This document shows, one piece after another, positions 58,265 to 64,000 of a DNA stretch of 64,000 nucleotides. Position 1 is the first letter of the stretch. The number at the start of each line of letters is the position of its first letter. Location of the stretch: assembly GCA_013265495.1 (NCBI GenBank), contig MU058636.1:9812176-9876175 (forward strand). Reading direction: 5' to 3'. This DNA comes from Vicugna vicugna. Lineage: Eukaryota. Made by a program: the position numbers and the translations under genes. The notes under the pieces were generated by a model. It was not told where the DNA came from. It did no database searches and worked only from the letters and a program-made list of their open reading frames with translations.

Positions 58265-60007
58265 GACAGTGATGGTCTGAACTGAAACAGAACTTCAGTC
58301 ACTTCAATTCTGTCGTTCATTGTGACTATTAAGCACTTTTACTTGTGTTTAAAATTTTAAATAGAGAAAGAGATCCCAATTGCAAGGCATAATATTTTTG
58401 TTTGGTAAATTCAGATTCTAAGTCATGCCTAAAATATTTTACTTCATTGGAGTAATACCTTTAACATTAAATTGTTTAAGATAAATTATTACTTATACAA
58501 TTGTGATTTGTTTGTTCCTAAACTGAAATGTATTGCCCGTCATTGCAACAGACAAATATGTAGATAGGCTGTCCCTCCTTTTCAAAAATACTAATTAAAA
58601 AGCTTTAACCCATTGCTTGCGTACTTTCTTTTTTTCAGATCTGAAAATGTCTTCATGTTTTAGAAAATGGATTTCAGGAAGGTCAAAAAGCAATGCTAGA
58701 GGGTACAGGTGCAGAATTGGATGTGGTCATTCAATGAAGAATATGGCAATATTAGTATCTGAAAAGCACCCCTGAGGTGTCCGAAACAAAATGTGTAAGT
58801 CATCCTAACTAAGAACGTATGCAAGTAATGGATTCAAACTTTTTAATTAAGCTAAAATTTTATTGTATATTTTGCCTGGCTTGATTATATACACAGTGAC
58901 CAAGAGGAGAAGATCTTCCCCATGTTTCTTTACTAGGCATTTTTAGATTTCATTTCATTCCATGATTATAGTTGAACATAAGTTTGTCACTGGATGTCAA
59001 ATAGCCATGGAAAGCCACTAAGGAGAAGTCCTTGGTCACGATGACTAGAAAGGAAACGGAAAGAAACTAAGTAAATCATCTTTGTGAGCTCCTGAGCCCT
59101 CAAATTAACCGAGATACGTTTTCTCTGCAGAATGTGGCCAGGCCCTTTCCTAACAACGCAGTGCTAGGAAAATGGGATAAATAGATCCAGTCACCTCGAG
59201 CTGGGATTCACTCCCAGTTGTTTGCTGCTTAGGAAACAACTCTCAAAAGCATGGAACACATACCTTTGGGTACCCCAGCCCACGGGTCTGAGCCATAATC
59301 ACTCCCACAGTCAGCCCTGGTCACCCCCTTGGGCCTAGAATGTGTACCCCAACAACTAGATCTGCCCTCAGGAGGATGGACCTCAGAAAAAGCCAGCAAG
59401 GACCTTGGAAATGAGCTTGGGGCTGTTCGGGGCAGAGGGGCATGTTCTCTGGACCACATACCTGGACCTTGGTGAGAGGGCTTCAGGTGGCCACTTCCCC
59501 TTGGCCTTAGGGTCTTCACCCCATGAGGAGAGGCAAAGCCAAAAGCGGGTACCAGCCTGGCCAACCTGGCTGTCCAGGCAAAGGGAGGCACTATTGTGGG
59601 CAACCCTGTCTACTGGTGGGTGGACTTGGCTTTGAAACGTGGGCTATGCAAGATGTATTTTGCAAACCTTTCTCCTCAGTAGTTCCTTGGCTGCGCCACA
59701 GGTCGTGGATTTTAGACACTAAGTCCCTTACTCAAGACCCCTGGAACTACCACGTGAGAGCCTTGAAACGCCTTCCCGCCCCTTGGTTCTCCATCTAAGA
59801 GCAGTACCTTGCTGGCTGATTTCTGGGCCCAGAAACAGCTACCTATGGACCAAAGTCAAACTGGTACACATTTTCCCAAGTGTTAAATACAGCATTTTTC
59901 TTGTTATGGCATTTGGACCAAAATTACTTGACAATAAACAAAGACCATTCTTTAAGTCCCCTTTATTTAATAGATCTGTTTCTATATATTTGCATCAGTA
60001 TATACTC

Positions 60008-60091
60008 GTGCATGCATGTGCATATGTGCACGTATGCATCTGTGTACACGCACCTGTGTGTATGTGTGTGTGTGTGTGTGTGTGCGCCTGT
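60008..60091. repeat. (TG)n microsatellite with degenerate TG/CA flank
   Basis: gtgcatgcatgtgcatatgtgcacgt...tgtgtgtgtgtgtgtgtgtgtgcgc. Confidence 0.9.
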
Positions 60092-60185
60092 GTTTGTATC
60101 TTTGGCTCCCAGAAGTCCCATTAAGAGTGATTTGTTTTGAATACCGACGCCTGTTCTGGATGAGACTTCTTTTTTCCTCTTAAAG

Positions 60186-60288
60186 GTGTCAGCAGAAGCT
60201 GTGAAAAGGTACAGATCAGAGAACATAACATCCCCTAAGGGACTTCTCGGAGGCTCACACTTCATGTGCCAGACTCCCTTGTTCCAGG
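60186..60288 (+). other. Candidate isolated 103-nt exon
   Basis: Acceptor cttcttttttcctcttaaAG; donor AGG|GTAAGT. One open frame (VSAEAVKRYRSENITSPKGLLGGSHFMCQTPLFQ), not recognised. Confidence 0.25.
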
Positions 60289-60732
60289 GTAAGTATTTGA
60301 CATGCTTTGTTACCTGATTAAACCTGCATGTGTTTCTTTCTGACTTATTACTGTCTGAGGCACTGTGTTGTGAAATGAAAATTACTGGCATTTGCCTGCC
60401 AAATGCAGTGATTCAGAGAATTGTGAATTAGGATTCTTTAATTACAGAGATCTGCACCCGATAGGTTAATTTCAAAAGCAAAGTTAACCACATGTGTTCT
60501 ATTTATTTTCAAACTAATTCAGTTGAATTACATTTCATTTAAAAGTCCTTCTTGGTCCCCTATTAATAAACAAGGAACACCGAACAAAATGCTTTGTTGA
60601 GACTCAATCTCATCTCACCTGGGCTAGAGAATGAAGAAGAAAATTACCTTTCCATAAAATAGAATGCAAACGCCAGTGATTTTTATGAGATTTTTAAAAA
60701 TACTGCTCTTGTTTAGTATTATTATTCTGTAC

Positions 60733-60874
60733 TTTTTAAAAAACTGAAGTATAGTCAGTTTACAGTGTGTCAATTTCTGGTGTACAGCATAATGTTTCAG
60801 TCACATGTACGTACATATATCTGTTTTCATATTCTTTTTCATCATAGGTTACTACAAGATACTGAATATAGTTT
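60733..60874 (-). mobile_element. LINE-1 3'-end fragment
   Basis: Shares actgaagtatagtcagtttacagtgt exactly with the 24162-24395 element. Confidence 0.85.
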
Positions 60875-61359
60875 TATATTAAATTTAAGCTGAAAATATT
60901 TAGCTTCGTGGCCCTGAATGGACTTGAGAATAAATAAAAGATGATTTATGGGGAAAGATGGAAGGATCTGTTTTATGTTCACATTATTTTCTCTATTTTC
61001 CACTGATGCTTAGATTTTGAAGAAATTTCTATAAATGAATGCTATCTAATTTTTAACTTTATAGACCATTTTGTGATCACTAATAGATGTTAAGTTGAAA
61101 CAACAGTAGCAATCTAGTGCTACACAGTCTATGAAGGCAGCTCCTTTGAGAGATTAAAGGGGTTGAGTCACAGCCTAAAGACCTAAAATCTAAGCTATTT
61201 ATTTTTAAAGGGTATATCCATTATCCTTATTGTAAGTCTTTTCCCTTTATTAAAAGCAATTAATGCTGTTTAAAAATACTCATGTTCATAATCCTGAGTT
61301 AGTGGTTACAAACATTTAAACTCGTTCATTAGAAAACAAAGAAAAACTGAAAAGCTGTG

Positions 61360-61780
61360 CTTTTTCTCTTATTAGACTGTTCTCGGCACCAAGGAGACAG
61401 ACAGGCAGAGCCACACTCCTTGTCACCAAGAGGGTCACAGCCTGCCCGGGGAGGCAGCTGGTAGACAACCAACCCAGTGTCGCCATTGCTCTTGGAATAG
61501 GAGTGAGGAGAAATGAACTCTGCCTGGGACCTTGGAGAAGTTTCCATGGAGGAAATGGTGGTTATCCGGTGTTATATAGAAAGATGGAGACTTTGGAAGT
61601 GAAGATGGACGATCATGCTGAGGGAGCGAAGGGTCCAGAGGTGCCTTGGCTTTGGTGAGTGGTCGGGTGAGGCTAGACCAGAGAGGGGACAGGAGAGGTC
61701 ACATCACTGACGTCCCAGGCTAAAGAATTATGTTGCGTGGGCCTAAGAACTCACTGAAGACTTTGCAATAGGAGCACACA
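61360..61780 (-). mobile_element. Degenerate L2
   Basis: ctctgcctggga...gaagtttccatggagga...ccaggctaaagaatt...actgaagactttg. Confidence 0.5.
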
Positions 61781-62304
61781 GAGCGGGGAGCTCTGTCCCT
61801 GGGGCAAAATCAAGGAGACTAACTCCTGCTCCCACCTGAGGGCGCGCACACCCCAGGGGGAGCCCTGGCAGGAGTGTGACGGCTTGTCTCAAGTCAATAG
61901 GCTATGTTGGTAGAATGGATACTGGAAGTACTTTTTCTGCCCCGTCCCCATCCAGCCCTCCCGCTTTACTCCTACAGCTCCCAGTTTGCAGCCCTTCCCC
62001 AGTTTAATGACAGTTACCATCCCCAGAGCGGTTCCTCCTCTGGGAACTGGAAGATGTGGTCATCCTAGAACCTCCCCAGGAGACTCACTGATCTCTAACC
62101 ACAAAGCTGTGCAGAGCAAATGATCTTTCAATGAGGAGGCTGCCTCCCAAACCCACGGGGACAGCAAGGGTCTGACTCCAGCCCTAAGGGCCTGGAGAAA
62201 CCAGAGCAGACCTCTCAGAAAGCAGGACTTTTTTGCTACTTCCATCTTTGACATTTTCTCTCTGAGTAAGTTCTGTCAGAAGTTAAATGCAGAAGATTCA
62301 ATGG

Positions 62305-62600
62305 ATCTGTGCAAAGCTTTATATTTCAGAGGTATTCATTGCCACCTTCTGAATTTTAACCAAAAAATGGAAAACAATCCCAAATTTCCAACAATGAGAA
62401 ATTGGTTAAATCAACTATGGTGTATCCCTGCAATGATATACCACGTGGGCATCGTAAATGATGGAGAAAAGAAAAATATCATGAGATGAACAATGGTCTT
62501 GATTTCTAAATGCTAGAATTATGTAGGTTGGCTTATATGCATCTCCTAAATTTTCTATAATGCATGTGTATGTTTTAATAAAAAAGGAATGTTCTTTTTA
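62305..62600 (+). mobile_element. Old LINE-1 (L1ME-type) fragments
   Basis: aaaatggaaaacaatcccaaatttccaacaatgagaaattggttaaatcaactatggtgtatcc. Confidence 0.7.
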
Positions 62601-63786
62601 AAATTAGCAGTACTTTTTTTCCTCTGTTTTGAGACCCAAACACTCTGAGATTCAATACCGTTTAACACAACTATAAATTTAGCAAGTGCTTAAAGACTAT
62701 CTTCACATACAATTGACCTAAGGATTCAAGTGTCCATTTCTGAACATGTCAAAGCTGTAATTTCAGCCGTGGTCCTGGAGACGTCGTGAAGCCTCAAGAG
62801 TAAAACTTAAGAGGTTGCATCATCCATTAAAACTCCTTGACGCATAGGTTTTATTTACGCAAGGACGTTCAGGTATCATAGATTTTGTTACTGAACCTGT
62901 AATTTAACAAATTGTTTTCTCTCTCTCTCGAGCCTGGGATTTAATAGTTACAAGTAAGACATGAAAAGGTAGACATGTCTTTTTACGTCCTGCCAATTAT
63001 TACTTTTGCTTATCACGTATAGTCGTGGGCCCCGCCAACCCACCCAAACACAGACACATTGAACAGTTTTGTTCAAGTTACCGTTCTGAAAATAAACTTG
63101 ATTTACAGGTTGTGTTGATCAGCAACACGAAATATATTTTATAGAAATGTAGTCGGAAAAGGTCTGTAGAATTTCTGTGTATTTGCTCTTATAAGCTTGC
63201 ACAGAATAACGTTTTTCTCAGTTTACCAGTGGAAAGCTTCTCCGGTTTTTGATTGAGAGTCTAACTCGTGTCTCTGATGAGAGATTCTCAAACAGGCAGA
63301 AGAATTCGAGGTGACTAATGGTTTCTGTGGAAACTGGGGAATAGACCTCTCATGCTTTCAGCCACTTTCAAAATTTACCCCTTTTATTTGTCTTCTCTTT
63401 TCTTCTTTTTCTTCTTTTCCTCCCACTGAAGTTGTCTTTGTCCCTTGGGCTGACAGTGTTTGCCAGTGGGACTTGCAGCCTTTTGCTTAGAATTTGGGGC
63501 TAATTCAGGACTGCAAATTGCTGTGATGTTCATAGACTCCTGCTCTGTGAAAATCCCTGTATGTATGCCTAAAGCTAAAAGAGAGTTCGGGGAGAACGAA
63601 AGTTCAGGCACGAGCCCTGAATTCTGGGTACCGTTTCCACATGAGGACGAAAACAAGGAAAAGGAGCCACGGGAAGGAACAGGAGAGCGGTCTCGTCTGA
63701 GGTCTCACACAGAGACGTCAGACACAGCCACCCGCAGAGACTTTTAATAATTTTCCCCGAATTTTGGAAGGGCAGGATTGAAAGCG

Positions 63787-63944
63787 CTTTAATATTAGAA
63801 GTGTCAGAACAAGCTTCATTAAAATATCCTCTCTTATTGAGAAGAGAACATTAATTTCAGATTGGCAATTAAAACAATTATTTTATTACTTTAATTTCAG
63901 AGATGTCAGAACAAGCTTCATAAATATTCTTCCTTGTTGGGAAG
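63787..63944 (+). repeat. ~57-bp imperfect direct repeat, period 102
   Basis: TGTCAGAACAAGCTTCAT exact at 63802-63819 and 63904-63921 with similar flanks. Confidence 0.85.
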
Positions 63945-64000
63945 GGGCTTTCTTATAAAATGGAAAACTCTGGGGTGGCCCAGCTGAATATGCCCTGTAA

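Noticed and set aside
451..63747. ORF-track entries as protein-coding genes
   Set aside because: They are short, overlap on both strands, often start at non-ATG codons or lie in repeats, and none resembles a cellular protein I recognise.

Overview
This is mammalian genomic DNA. Several tRNA-Ala-derived, Vic-1-like SINEs and the lack of recognisable Alu or Bov/CHR SINEs suggest a camelid (inference). I recognise no protein-coding gene, true tRNA/rRNA gene or CRISPR array. The ORF track is noise apart from frameshifted LINE-1 ORF2 remnants near 28.5-29.1 kb. Most of the window is intronic or intergenic sequence with interspersed repeats (L1, L2, MIR, MaLR/ERV LTRs, hAT and Tigger elements), several with target-site duplications readable by eye. 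The most unusual part is the first ~2.3 kb, which has no recognisable interspersed repeats. It holds a + strand chain of candidate micro-exons (6-42 nt) separated by short introns containing folded RNA candidates: an 18-bp G.U-tolerant hairpin, a box C/D-like unit with a GU-repeat wobble stem, a second C/D-like unit and two H/ACA-like units. This resembles the 3' part of a non-coding snoRNA/scaRNA host gene, but I could not match it to any named RNA. Other points of note are an 88-bp duplicated module, an inverted L1 joining the 3' end to the endonuclease domain, a fold-back at an L1 5' junction, an unassigned 1.15-kb insertion splitting an L2, and a FOX:ETS/RFX/GC-box motif cluster. Repeat family names come from remembered consensus sequences. 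Boundaries without TSDs are approximate.
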